Counted from the first letter of the stretch, positions 35,260-59,994 are shown. The stretch: 64,000 nt of DNA from Antechinus flavipes (GCF_016432865.1 NC_067401.1:205592001-205656000); one strand, 5' to 3'. The notes: generated from the sequence alone by a model not told the origin. Made by a program: numbers and translations.

Positions 35260-37905
35260 CCTTGTGAGTGTATGTCCTTATGTGGATCGGGTGAGTGTAA
35301 TTTGAAGTGCAAACCTTGGGAGGTCTTATTTCCCGTAGCTGGCTCCTGTTGCTCTTTATCATTTTATATTGGTACTCTCTGTTTAACCCTTTCAACCCCA
35401 CCATTCAAAGATAAGGTTTGTATTCCTCTTACCAACTGACAGTAGAAGTATTCTGAAAGGCCTGACAGTGCTGATCAAGATTGCTGAAGTCCCAATGGCA
35501 GAAGTGGTCAGAGCTACTCATTTGTGGTGGGAGCTAATGCCAGCTTCCAGACTTTTAGCGCTCTTCAGAATTAGAGAACTGGGTCTCAAGTGAATCCTGA
35601 GTAAATATGAACAAAAGGTTGGGGAATAGGAAAAGTGAGTAAGTGAGGAACTTGGGTTGAGGCTAGAGAGCAAAGATAAGAGTACGAAGTCATGACTACT
35701 GAGTAGCAGCCCAGAAAGAAGGCCAAAATCAAGACCAGCAGTAGCAAGACGGAGAAAAAGCCAAAGTAAGATATGAAAGGCCCGATTGGCACTGTGACTG
35801 GGGGCTTCCCGTTCAGGTGTGGGCTGGATTAGATGGTCGTGGAGATCCCACTAACTCTGAGATGCTATGATTTTGTGGTCCCTGCAGCTTCAATATAAAA
35901 ATGTCTGTCACTGATACCTTCAGGAATTGAGAAGGGCAGGTGGGCAGATACTCTTATGTTTCTTCTTAGGGCATGTCTGAGACTTTTGAAACACTCCACA
36001 ATCTAGTTCACAAGGGGGTGAAGGTAGTGATGGACATTCCCTATGAACTGTGGAATGAAACTTCGGCTGAGGTAGCTGACCTCAAGAAGCAGGTATGTGT
36101 CTGGGGAATTCCCCCACCTGTTCTTAGTGTCATTCCCTTCTCCTCTTTACATTTTCATAGAGGATTTTGTTTGGATTTCTCCTTTTCCCATTTCACTACC
36201 TACTTATTTGTGCATGGTTCCTCCACTCCCTTCAATTTATCTCCCCAAAAACCTAGCACGGTGCACGGTACAGAGAACTAAAATAGTGTTTGTGGAATCA
36301 GCAAGATAGCACAGCACAGATAGTGCCTGGGAGATGAATTAGGTGTGTGTTGTCGGGGAAAGACAGAATATGAGTTCCCAAATCCCAAGGCCCCTTCTTG
36401 CCACTTGTACCATTTTAGTCTTTTGTCAGCAAAGACAGATCAGGAATGGGGGTTCATGTTGATCAGAAGCACAAGCTGCCACCAGAGAATCCAAGTGGAG
36501 TTGGCAGTGATAATGGTTTGTCAGTATCCCTTCCTGGGGCTCTCAGATAAGCCTTTATAAATATGATATAAAATTCTTATAATGAAGAAACTGGGCTAGC
36601 TGATTTCTGAAAGGACCCTTGCAGCTGTGACATTCTACATTCTGTGTATCTGTGCCTCTGTTGGGTTCTGCTTTAGTGTGATGTGCTGGTGGAGGAATTC
36701 GAAGAAGTGATTGAGGACTGGTATCGGAACCATCAGGAAGAGGACCTAACCTCTTTTCTCTGCGCCAATCATGTGCTAAAGGGGAAAGACACAAGTGAGT
36801 CTGAGATTGGGGGCGGGGCAGGGGGCCTCAGGTCACTTACCCCTGCTGGAATGCCTAGATTTGGTGAACACTGGGAAAATAGGGATGGGGTGGGGATCTC
36901 AGATGACAGAGATCTTGTCCTTGGAGAGCCTGGATTATTTGGAGAGGCTGTAGCTCCACACAGCTTTGAAAAAGATTCAGAATATTTACAAAGTAGATAC
37001 CAGATGAGTTTAATGTGGTCCAGGCAAAGCATGTGTATCTAGGCCATTAGGTCATGGGCATCAGAGGCAGAGGTCTGTGTTGAAACCATCAGAGCTCCCC
37101 CCAGACCTGGTCACAGCTGTCTCCTCAGGGCTCTAGCCCCCTCAGGACCATGTGACACTTACTCTCTACACTGCCTCAACCCATTTTACTGTATAATGTG
37201 CAGAGTAAAAAATATTTAATCTTTTTACTCAGTATCCTAACCCTCTTCTTTTTATTCAGTATATGTTGTGTTCCACATATTAGTCCATCACCTCCCAGGG
37301 ATGAGGTCAGTAGCACCATGAGGATCATGCTTTGAAATAACACTCTTAAATCATGCTTGATCAGATTTATCACCAAAGTGATATTTTCCCTGTTTCATAC
37401 TTAAAGAATCAGGTTTAGAGACATTAAGTAAATTGACCAGAGTCACACAGCTAATGAACAGGCCAGGATTGGAACCTACTTCTCTTCTGACTACAAATGC
37501 CTGTTTACTTAATGAATATAAGGCTGTTCCTTATATCCCTATCCTGCTCCCTTTCCTTAGCATCCTCTCCCAAACCTTATTACAGTAGGCTCAGGCCAGT
37601 GGTTGATGCCCAGCAGGTACTTGGCAGATGACCATTTCTAGTTGTTGCTGCTTGAGCATTGTGTCCCTTCCCCTCTCCCCTCACCAGGTTGCCTGACTGA
37701 GCAATGGATCAGCAAGAAGGGAGATACAGCAGCCTTGGGAGGGAAGAAAGCCAAGAAAAAGGGGGGCAAAAGCAAGGCGTCCAATAAGAAGAACAGCAAG
37801 CAAAGGAAAGACCCAAGAAACCTAGATGAGGATCCTCATCCCGAGGAGGATGAGGGTGTCCAGAAAGCCACCCCTCTCACACACAGCCCCACCGATGAAC
37901 TGTAG
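30051..37905 (+). CDS. CNPY3: Canopy FGF signalling regulator 3 (PRAT4A, TLR-specific gp96 co-chaperone)
   Basis: Exons 30051-30216, 34504-34627, 35058-35154, 35970-36092, 36677-36794, 37688-37905. Motifs [75 protein letters not shown]-terminus ...PTDEL. Confidence 0.98.
35198..35256. repeat. (GAGT)n followed by (TG)20 microsatellite in CNPY3 intron 3
   Basis: Seen directly. Confidence 0.95.
37100..37247 (+). repeat. Diverged intronic copy of the CNPY3 distal 3'UTR (partner at 38337-38485)
   Basis: About 78% identity over ~149 aligned positions by hand, mostly transitions; perfect 23-bp core aatgtgcagagtaaaaaatattt. Confidence 0.9.
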
Positions 37906-38441
37906 AATCCAACTGAGCACCCCATCTACTGTCCCAGGGGTGCAGAAGGAAGCCCTTGGCTGAGGGAGACTCTGTCTTCTCGTGCCTCTGGCAGACAAGG
38001 ATGGACTCCCCAGCTCTGGGGGTTCACTGCACCCCCTGCTGTGCCCTTGTCCCGCTGAGGATTACAGAGCCTGCCCTTCCTTTTCCTTTCCTGGCAGCCG
38101 CTTCTCCCCTGGGCTTGGAAGAAGAGCTGTGTGGCGGCCCCAGAGCTAAAAACTGCATTATAAACCTTCAAGGGATGAGTCTGAGCATTGCCGAGCCCTC
38201 AGGGAGGACTCTATCCCTCATTGTCCCATGGGTGCACCCCTACCTTCTTCCAGTGGGAGTGGTTCAGCAACACCACTCCCCAGTTTCAGAAACACCTCTC
38301 TCCTGGCCCCAGTCTTACCAGGAAGGCCTTCCTCATCCCAGTCCTGGTTGAGGCCGTTTTCTCCAGGGCCCTAGCCCCCTTGCAGCCATGTGACACCCAG
38401 CCTCTACTCCTCCCCATCCCATTTTACTGCACAATGTGCAG

Positions 38442-38447
38442 AGTAAA
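38442..38447 (+). terminator. Probable CNPY3 poly(A) signal (AGTAAA variant)
   Basis: No AATAAA found between the stop codon and the GNMT promoter. AGTAAA is followed by U/GU-rich ttttacttggtgt...tttttttgtg. Confidence 0.45.
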
Positions 38448-40953
38448 AAATATTTGGCCTTTTTACTTGGTGTCCTAACCCCCTTTTTTTGTGCCTCTCA
38501 ACTGGCTTTTCTCCCATTCTTCTACCCAGAATTCATGGGAATTGACATAAGGATGGTGTAAAGGTTAATGAACCCTTTTTGGTCCTTGATTTCCCATTTA
38601 TTCTGGGGAACTCTTGCAAGCTGATCTGGAAGAGCAATAGCAAAGAGAGAATCCTGGTGGGGATATTGTGCGTGGAGGGAGTGGGAAGGGGAAGGAAAGG
38701 TAGAGAATGCTAAACGGAAGTACAGGGGAGGAGAGGACTGGTAGTAGGATGGAGGTTGTCCTTCACATCAGCCCCTACCCTGATATATCGAGCCTTGAAA
38801 AGAGACTGCAAGGACGGTTTTTAAACATCCTATTCTAGAATAACAGTCAAAAGGACATCTGTCCTTGTTCCCACTTGATTTTCTGGAGTCCTTTCCTTTT
38901 CTGTTCTTGAATTTGAGTCTTCCCCACCCCCAAGCAGCAGGCTTCCTTTTCCCTTTTCTCCTTTCTGCCTAATCACCTCTATTGGGTACCTTTCAGCAGG
39001 CTGTTCACCCCTGTCCTGTCTCTTCCCTCCTCCCTCCTTTGTGATTCCAGGTTTTGTGTAATGTATTTACTGTTTTCCCTTTTCAGGGCTGCCCCTTGTC
39101 ATTGAACTTTGTTCCCCAGTTTTTTCCTCTCTTCGTATCACGTAGGACTTCCTCTCTTCCTCCTCCCCCTACCCCAGCCAACACCTGCTCATTTCATGAT
39201 GTCCTCTGAAGTTAGAGGGTAATGAGGCCTTTTTTGTCCCTCCCTGCTAGTCCTGAAGGCAACCTGGAGCAGCCGGGCCCAGAGCCTGCAACACCTGGCA
39301 CTAACGGTGCAGGGTACAGTTAGCGTGGGACTGGTTTGATTTCTTCTCCCACATCTCCCTATTGAAAAGGAAGAAGCCATCTTGCTGAACTCCCCCTAAG
39401 GCTACTCCCTTAAATTTAGTGTTGAAAATGACCCTGTTTTTCCTGACCACCCAGCCTAAGTCCAGGCCCACTGGCCAACAAATGGGCCAACTAAGAGGCC
39501 TCTAGCTCTGGTGGAGTGGTTTGTGAACTTGTAAGTCCCACAGTCTTGCCCCTCCTCCCCTTTGCGGAGGAGTTAAGGCAGGCTTTTCCTTGAGAAATGC
39601 AAACTTTTTATCTTCTCTGGTTGACAGCCCTCCTGCTGTGGATTGAAGGAAAAGCAGAGACTGACTCTTGGAGATTACTTCTGTCAAAGACCTGCCCTTA
39701 CTCTCCTTATGTTTGGTGGGACCCAATTGATTCAATTTTCCCATGGAAATTCAATGCTCAGGGCTGACATTTGGAACAGAATTAGGAGTGGGGTAGAGAG
39801 AAGACACCCACAGTGTAAGTGGGTCACATCTTTGCTTCTCAATCTGTTTCCCAATGTCTGACACTTTTCCTCTCAAAAGTTTCACTAAACAGGACTATCC
39901 AACAGAGAGAGAGTTCATCTCTTTACCCAGGATTTATTTCATCGATTTCTTAGGCAGAGGTTTGGCCTCTTTCTGGGGTGGCAGCTAGGCTGTCCAATTG
40001 TGTGTCGCTAGGACTTCTGCTCCGCGCTGACCCTGAGCCTCTCCCCTCCACAGCTAGCCTATCACTATGTTCTTTTTGGTGTTTGAGCAGGCAGGAGCCC
40101 TTCCTCCTCTCCCTTGTGTTTAACATGCTCTGACCCCTGCCCTGCCTCCCCTCCACATCCTGGGATCTTGGGAGGACCTGGGTACACTGGTTTACCCCCC
40201 TTGCCCACTAAGCATTGAGTATCCCCCCCTCACCCCCACCCCCACCTGCAACACCCTGTTTTATATCCCACTCTTACCAGATTAAAAAAAAAAATTGAAG
40301 CCAGCTCCAAGTTCAATGTTCTAAAGATAATAAGCTGGTTTTATGCCAAACCTCCCCACACACATACCACCTCAAACCCAGCTCACCCTATGGACCCGGC
40401 TCCCTTGGGCCAGCTCACCAGTGCCCTGGAGAAGGCAGAAGCTAGGAGCTGTCTATGCTAGACATAGAAGGAATTGGTATAATTACTTTTTATAAGTGCA
40501 TCCTATGGGGGGGAAGAGTTATGAGGTAGGATGTTGTGACCTGATGCATCAGTCTTCCCCCCCCCCCCAATCCCTTGTCTGCGTTCCTGCTACTTCGGGC
40601 CTGGTGCCCAAGTGGACACTCATGAAAGGCTTAAGGTTACCCCCTGAAGCAGTCTCGCTGAGCCCTTGGAGTTACTCGTTTGCCCTTTCTCATCCTACCC
40701 TTGGCTCCCAGAAGCTCGGGATGCTTCTTTCCCCTGGATGCCAGGATGGGGCTGGAGGGGAGATCTCCCACATGACACGTTTCTCTCTAGCTAAGGGTTG
40801 GGAGGTGGGGTAGAAGAAGGCCATTCACAGAGCCTGGGAGGTCAGGAACTGCGGGTTCCTGGCTCTGGGAGAAGAGCAGGCAGGGGCGTGTCCTGGATCT
40901 CACCTGCCATTGGACAGGTTAGGCAGGCTGGGCAAAAAAAGCCGGGGCAGCCT

Positions 40954-40958
40954 TATAA
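40954..40958 (+). promoter_or_regulatory. GNMT TATA box
   Basis: TATAA 46 nt upstream of the ATG at 41000, with reverse CCAAT at ~40909 and GC-box-like GGGCGTG at ~40884. Confidence 0.7.
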
Positions 40959-40999
40959 GTGTGTCGGCAGGTGGCCGAGGGGCTGGGGGAGCTGAGAGG

Positions 41000-43900
41000 A
41001 TGGCAGACAGTGTGTACCGGACCCGCTCCTTGGGCGTGGCGGCCGAGGGGCTCCCAGACCAGTACGCCGACGGGGAGGCAGCGCGGGTCTGGCAGCTGTA
41101 CATAGGGGACACCCGAAGTCGTACTGCTGAGTACAAGGCCTGGCTCCTGGGGCTGCTGCACCAGCACGGCTGCCAGCATGTGCTTGACGTGGCTTGTGGC
41201 ACTGGGTAAAGCCGGGGAAGCACAAGGCGGGACATGCTCCGGAGGCGGGGATGGGGGGCTAAGTAGGAAAAGCAGGCACCTGCCCAGGTGGTCCCCAGGA
41301 ATTGCCTAGGTCTGTACCTGCAGCAGGGAAAGCAGAGGAAGTGGAGGTGTGAGACAAGCACGAATACATGAGTGAAATAGGGGGAGCTGGAAGTGAGGGC
41401 AGGGTGGGAAACAGGCGGGGAAGGTGTTACTTCCCCAAAGTAAAATGGGCTGCCTCTCTCTGGTGATGGTGAGGAAGGAAGTCACTTGTCACTGAAACGT
41501 AGTCTGGCATAATCACTGGAGTTTCTAGAGAGGGAGGTCATGCTTTGGGTAAGGGGTGAACTGGATGGTTCCAATTTCTCTTCCAGTTCTGAGGTGTTTT
41601 GATTCAGTGAGTTAAAAGTAGTGGTGGTAGTGGTATATATGTGTGTGTGTGGAGGATAATGATGGGGAGGGAGGTCGGTTCAGCACCAGGGTAACTCATT
41701 TACAAGTACTGGGTTCCTCCTTCTGGTCTTCCTAGTCCCGTTCTTCCTTTGACCCTCAGTCCCCACTCCAAAAACATCCTTTCTATCCCTGCTCTTCCTT
41801 AACCCTACTAGTCTCCATCACTCCTCTTACCCTTTTCCCTCTCCCCTTTCCCCTTCTGACCCCTCTTGTCCTCATTCTCTCTTCTCTGGCCCTTCTCCTT
41901 CCTCCTCCTCCCTTTCCGCCATCCTATCACTGCCTGCTGGACCTGGCACAGGGTGGACTCCATCATGCTGGTGGAAGAGGGCTTCAAAGTGACCAGTGTG
42001 GACGCCAGTGACAAGATGCTCAAGTACGCCCTGAAAGAACGATGGAACCGTCGTCATGAGGAAGCTTTTGACAAGTGGGGTATGTGGGACTGGGGGGTGA
42101 TCTTGGTCTAGAAGCAGAGGGACCGTGCAGAGAACCAGCATTCTTCACATACTGTCCTCTGAAACACACCAAACCGGGTGTCAGAGGCTCTGAGTTCTGG
42201 TCCAGATTCTGCCATTACTTGCTATGATTTATAGCAAGTCATTTCTGTCTGGGCCAATTTTTTCCTTTGTAAAATGAGGGTGTGGGAATAGGTAGAACAG
42301 GGAATAGTGGAACAGCCAATTGAGGAAAAACCTGGTTTGGAGTCCTGTCTTAGGCTGTTAATAGCTATGTGACCCCCGAGGGTTACCTAACCTTTGTGCC
42401 TCACTTTCCTCGCCTGTAAAATGAAAGATGGGACTCCTTCGATGGCCTCAGAAGTCCCTGCCAGCTCTAGCTTTAAGATTCTATGACCAGATGGCTTTCT
42501 AGCTCTTTTTTTATTTTTTCTAGCTCTGTAAAATAACTTCTTGGGAGTTTGAGTAGTATACCACTGAATAAGTAGATTAATTTAGGTAGCATTTTCATTT
42601 TTATTACATTACATCAGCCTATCTATGGGCACTTGATAATTTTCCAGAGGATTAGACATGACCCATCTAGCTCTTTTAACATTCTGAGTCTGCAAGGAAA
42701 TTATTTTTTCCTTCTTCCTGTTCTCTCCCTTTTTTGCTCCTAAATTCATGCCTTAACTTTATTCTGGTTCAATTTCTATTTTCTTCTCACTGTAGCTTCT
42801 CTTCAGGAGCTCTTGTCTCTCATGGCCAAGGATCTTTAAGAGTTTAGTGTCTTTTTCCATGGTTGATTTCAAAGCCAAGTTTCTTGCGTCTAGCAATAGA
42901 GAGCTGTCCCTTGCCCTTGCTTCTCAATTCTCCAATCCCTTTCATTTTTCCTGAGAACAGTTTGGGTTCCCAAACTCAGTCATATCGCTCATCCCTGCTC
43001 TGGTGACATGGGACTGGGCATCAGCATGATTTACTTTTAATCCTCCATTTGCCATTTACTTTGCTCTGACAGTGTAACAATTCTAATTCTGAGCCTCAAT
43101 TTCCTCATCTGCCAAATGTCACTACTAATTGTTGCCCTGCATATTTCATAAGGCTGTTGAGACAGAACTGAATGAGAAAACAATGATGGGGAACGTGCTT
43201 TGCAAACTAGAAAGTGCTATCCACGTATAAGGAAGGAATAAGGAAGCATTATTCTTGTCCTGTTTGAACAGAGATGGTCAGATCTGAAGAGTAAATCCCA
43301 GTGGATCAGGCAGGGGATAGTGTAGCCATAAGTTATCTGCTTCCTATAGGTGTGACAGCCAATAGGGAGGGTAAGGAGACCCAGACCCTGAGATAGAGGA
43401 AATAACCAAGGGGATGGTGATCATTCCCCTCTTTCCATGGCAAAGCAGCTGCCTCTCTGATCCCCATCCCATCCACAAAAAAATACCCTTAAGTAGCAGA
43501 GAAACCAGAGGGGTGATGGTGAACCTGGATTCTTTCCTTGTACTCTTTCTCTCTTCTCTGAGATGGATCAAGGGAGCTCAGCAGCCATAACCCATCTCCC
43601 TCACCTTCCTCCCTACTAGCTCTGCCCTGCTCCTACCCTTCTACCTTTGTGTCCTTAAATATTTACCTTAGTCCAGGGGTGTGCTCATAAATGTTTAATA
43701 AACTGGGGTGGGGGGAACTTACCCTCAACACCCTTTTAGGTTTAATCATCACCATCTCCTCCATTACTTTCTAAAGACTAGACAATCAACAAAACAAAGC
43801 AAGTCCAGGTTGTGTCGTTTGCTGATTTCTGAAGTGTGTTCACACTGAAAAATTTAACAGCCAGTGAGAAATCCCCCACACCTCTGCCTTATTCCCTTGG

Positions 43901-46858
43901 TGAGATCCATGTGTTCTGCCCCACTCCTTCCCTTCCCTTGCCCTTTCTCCCCTTTCCCCAGAAAATAACAAGTCCACTTGGTTGCTGGCCTCTGCTTCAG
44001 GACTACAGCCTGTGTTTAGGCTTGTTGGTCATGGTGGGATGCGGAGTACCTCCAGTGCCATTCTCTTCTCTATTCCCTCAGTCATTGAGGAGGCCAACTG
44101 GCTGACCCTGGACAAGGATGTGCCCCTGCCCGCAGCAGGGGGCTTTGATGCTGTTATCTGCCTAGGTAACAGTTTTGCTCACTTGCCAGACTGCAAAGGT
44201 GAGAAATGAGATTATGACTTTTCTTCCTAAGGCCATCTCCCTACAGAGCCCTAGTCCCCTCTCGCAATTATATTGGTTAGATTGCTCCCTTAATCAGCAA
44301 GGGAGGTAAGAGTCTTACAGCCATCCCCTTCATTATATTCCCTCTCCCAGGGATCAGGTGTACACATACACACACACACACGCACATGCGCGCGTACACT
44401 CCCTCCTCCCTAGGCATAGCCTTCTGCCATGACATTATTCCCATTCCTCATCTCCCCCATCCCGGGCCCAGAAGGCCAGTTAAGGTTGGGTCAGGGAAGG
44501 GAGGAAGCTATGGCACTGAAGACCTTTCACTCCTTGTTCTGAGCTCAGGCGACCAGAGCGAGCATAAATTGGCCCTGAAGAACATTGCGGGCATGGTGCG
44601 GCCTGGAGGCTTACTGGTTATTGATCATCGAAACTATGATCACATTCTCAGTACTGGCTGTGCCCCACCTGGCAAGAACATCTACTATAAGGTGTGGTCC
44701 CTGGGTGGGGAGGGCTGGCTGAGTACTGAGAGGGCATCCAGGATGGCAAACACAGCAACAGAAGTCGTAGAGGGTAGCCCCGCAATAGCAGCAAAATCCC
44801 AAAAATGAGGAGGGAGGGACTGGGTAGTTTAATAAGCCTTTATTGAGTGTGCCAAGCATTGTGTTAAACACAGAGGACACAAAGAAAAGCTAGCCCTGCT
44901 CTCCAGGAGCTCACATTCCAACGTGAATACAACCTGTGAATACTTAGGTACCTACAGCATACATAGGGTAGATGTAATGGGGAGGAAGGCACTAGCATCT
45001 AGGGCAATGGGAAAGGCCTCTCCCCAGCAGAAGGTGGAACTTAAGGTTAAGGTTTGAAGGAAGCCAGGAAAGCTCAGGGAATGAGATAAAGGGGGAAAGT
45101 AGGTCCAGGGGACAGCCGGCATAAAGAGAGAAAGATGGTTGATCGTATGTTAAATAGAGAATCTGAGTCACGAGGCTGGGCTGTAGAGATTAATGAAGGA
45201 GATATTGCATGAATGGAAAAGTGGCAAGGGGCTAAGGTATGAAGTGCTTTATGTACCAATAGGAGAAGTTTATATGATTTGTTCTTGAAGCAATCAGGGT
45301 TAAGTGACTTGCCCAGGGTCACACAGCTGGTATATGTCAGATTGGACTTGAATTCAGGTCAAGTGCTCTTATCCACAGCACCACCTAGCTGCTACAGAAC
45401 TTTATTTTGGATACTGGATATCATAGGGAAAATGTGAAGATTGTGCACTATGGGAGAAACTGGCACAGGACTTCCTAGCATGGCACGTCCTCAGGAGAGA
45501 AAGTGCTATTCTATGCTCTATAAGCAAAGAACTGAAGCAGCTCAAAAGAAATATGAGATGTGCAAATTTAGAGAATCCACATATTTGTGCCCAATTGGTG
45601 GAAGAGCATTCCAAGTTCATTCTGATCAGCCCAGTGGACACAATATAACTTGACTCTAAAAGTAGAGTCATTTGACACTAGATCAGACATTATGGAATGA
45701 GAGTGAGGAAGGAGTTGAGGATGACATCCCAGCTGTGAGCTTGGTTAACTTAACTGTCCTTAAGACTAATCAGAGAATCTTGTAAAGAGAAAGGTTTAGG
45801 GAGCAAGTTTTGTTTTAGACAAGCTGCCCAAAAGATAGTTGACGATACAGACTAAAAATGGATATACAAATCTGGGAATCACAGATTGACAGATTTAGAG
45901 CTCAAAAGGATATGAGAAGCCATCAAATCTAATCCATCATTCTATTGATGAGCAAACTGAACTATAGAGAGGTGACTCTTCGGTGTCACACAACCAACAT
46001 TTGAATTATCTACAGAGAGAAAAACTGAGACCATGGGAGCAAAGAAATCACCAAAAGAGAGAGCAAAGAGGGCCCAGAACAGTCTTGGGGGATATCTGAA
46101 GATGTAAATGGAAAGGACATCAATTGGCAATAAGAGGGCCCTTCTGAGGGAGGAAATAGAGTCCTAGGAAATGAAGAGAGGAAATATATAGGAAGGAGGT
46201 AATTTGTAAGAGTCTCTATAAAGGAACCTATAAACATGGCCAAGGCTTTTACAAGTGAGTAAGCATAGGGCCTGGGAGGGGGAGGGGGAGCTAGGAGAGA
46301 TAAAGGGGCACAGCACTGATAACTCCTTTCTCTACCATCCAGAGTGACCTAACTAAGGACATCACTACATCAGTGCTGACTGTGAACAACAAGGCTCACA
46401 TGGTAACCCTGGATTACACTGTCCAAGTACCTGGTGCTGGGCAGGATGGCAGCCTTGGCTTGAGGTACTCAAGCTGTTTTCAGAGGAGGGAGAGGGAAGA
46501 GTTGGAATTGTAGGCTCCCCCAACTGCACATGTTCCTGTGGTTCACCTTTTCCTGAGATTTCTAGGCAATTTCCAGGCCTAATCTGAATCCTTATTGAGG
46601 AATCCCCATCCATGTCTTTTGCCCCTGTTCTCCCCAACCTATTCTCTAACTTCTCACATCTGTCTACATCTCTGGTCCCGTTGCAGTAAATTCCGTCTCT
46701 CGTACTACCCTCACTGCCTGACACCCTTCACAGAGCTTCTTCGGGAAGCCTTCCAAGGGCGGTGCCAGCACAGTGTCCTTGGAGACTTCAAACCTTACAA
46801 GCCTGGCCAAACCTCTGCACCCTGCTATTTTATCCACGTGCTCAAGAAGACTGGCTGA
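41000..46858 (+). CDS. GNMT: Glycine N-methyltransferase, 295 aa
   Basis: Exons 41000-41205, 41952-42079, 44082-44198, 44549-44691, 46343-46464, 46687-46858 (888 nt). [22 protein letters not shown]..., SAM motif [33 protein letters not shown]. Confidence 0.99.
44358..44399. repeat. Alternating purine-pyrimidine tract (CA)n/(GC)n, potentially Z-DNA-forming
   Basis: gtgtacacatacacacacacacacgcacatgcgcgcgtacac in GNMT intron 3. Confidence 0.7.
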
Positions 46859-46899
46859 ACCACCATGAAAGCACTTCATAAACCCAACACAACACTTCT

Positions 46900-46905
46900 A
46901 ATAAA
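46900..46905 (+). terminator. GNMT poly(A) signal
   Basis: AATAAA about 40 nt after the stop codon. Confidence 0.85.
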
Positions 46906-47521
46906 CAAGATTAACCTACAAGGCAAAGTCTGGAGTGGGAGTTTGTGGAGTCCTGGGGAGAGGATGTGCTCTGAGTCTCACCTTTGATTTGGGAACAAAT
47001 AGTATAGAAGTGCCTTTTCTGTTTCACTGTGTATGTGTTGAAAGATCTTGCCTTTCTGTTAGTCCTTTTTTTACAAGCCTCTCTTCAAATCCAGAGCACT
47101 CCTGACTCTCAAAGCCTGTGTCCCAGACTGCTTCCTGGATAAAGAGAGAAACTATGGAATAAGCAGTGTGGGATCTCCATCTCGATATGGGACTTTGAAC
47201 AAGTTAACTTTTTTTTGAGGATTGAGGCTAGAAAAGGTTTCTCAGCTCTCTTCCAGCTATATTCTGATTCCTGTTGTCATCTCTAATTCTTGGCTGGATA
47301 ACATATATTGGCCCTAATTTCCCCAGGGTCTTTGGGCTCCGGTCTCACCCCTACAAAACCAGAAGAGGGCAGCACACACTTGTTTTCGACTGGAATAGTA
47401 AAGACTAGATAGAGGTAATGAAAACCATTTCTAGCCTCGTAGCGGAGTCCCAGGAAGCTTTCTCCATCTTCCTTTCTCTATGCCTGTCCCTGTCTTGACC
47501 AAGCACAACGCCTTTAAATGT

Positions 47522-47527
47522 TTTACT
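47522..47527 (-). terminator. Possible PEX6 poly(A) signal (AGTAAA)
   Basis: No minus-strand AATAAA found between the PEX6 stop and GNMT. AGTAAA about 490 nt after the stop, followed by GU-rich gttgtgcttgg. Confidence 0.35.
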
Positions 47528-48016
47528 GATACTTAAGGTAAAAAAATCACTGTCACTTCCCAAAGACTTTTTTTCCAAACAAACATAACAACAAAGCACA
47601 CTGGCTATATCTGAAAAGATAGGTCTCATCTAACATCTACAGTTTCTGATCAGAAACTGGGGAAGGCATGTTTCACCCATGACTCAGAATTGATGATTGG
47701 TCACTCAACAGTAATGTATGAAACTCCCAAACTAGGCAAACAGTGGAAAGGATGAACTTGAGACAGGAAAATTTTCTTTCAAGTCCTACTACTTACTCCC
47801 CACCTACCCAGGTCCCCTTAGTTTACACTTCTGTGGCATTTGAGCTTCACACCTTTAGGTGACAGTGTCTTCCCTCCATGACAGCAGAGCTGAGCAGGGA
47901 AGTTTCTCCAGGTTAGATAGCCTGAGGACTGAATTACACTGCCCACTCCAATTGATTTGCTGATATCGTTCCAGGGCTGGTAGAGGGGGTAGGACTAGGT
48001 ACAACCCAAAATGATT

Positions 48017-59898
<11,882 letters not shown>

Positions 59899-59994
59899 GA
59901 TAGCGACTGGAACGTTGTAACGGGGACGGCCGCTTTGCCTTCCGGACCAGGGGAAAGGAACGCGAAGCTGGAGCTCCCGCAGCGGGCCGGCAAC

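Noticed and set aside
35586-35792. Hydrophobic 68-aa minus ORF in CNPY3 intron 3
   Set aside because: GTG start, no promoter or splice support. The hydrophobicity reflects a purine-rich plus strand.
40910-40999. 30-aa N-terminal extension of GNMT in the ORF track
   Set aside because: Starts at TTG, upstream of the TATA box at 40954, so it is outside the expected transcript.
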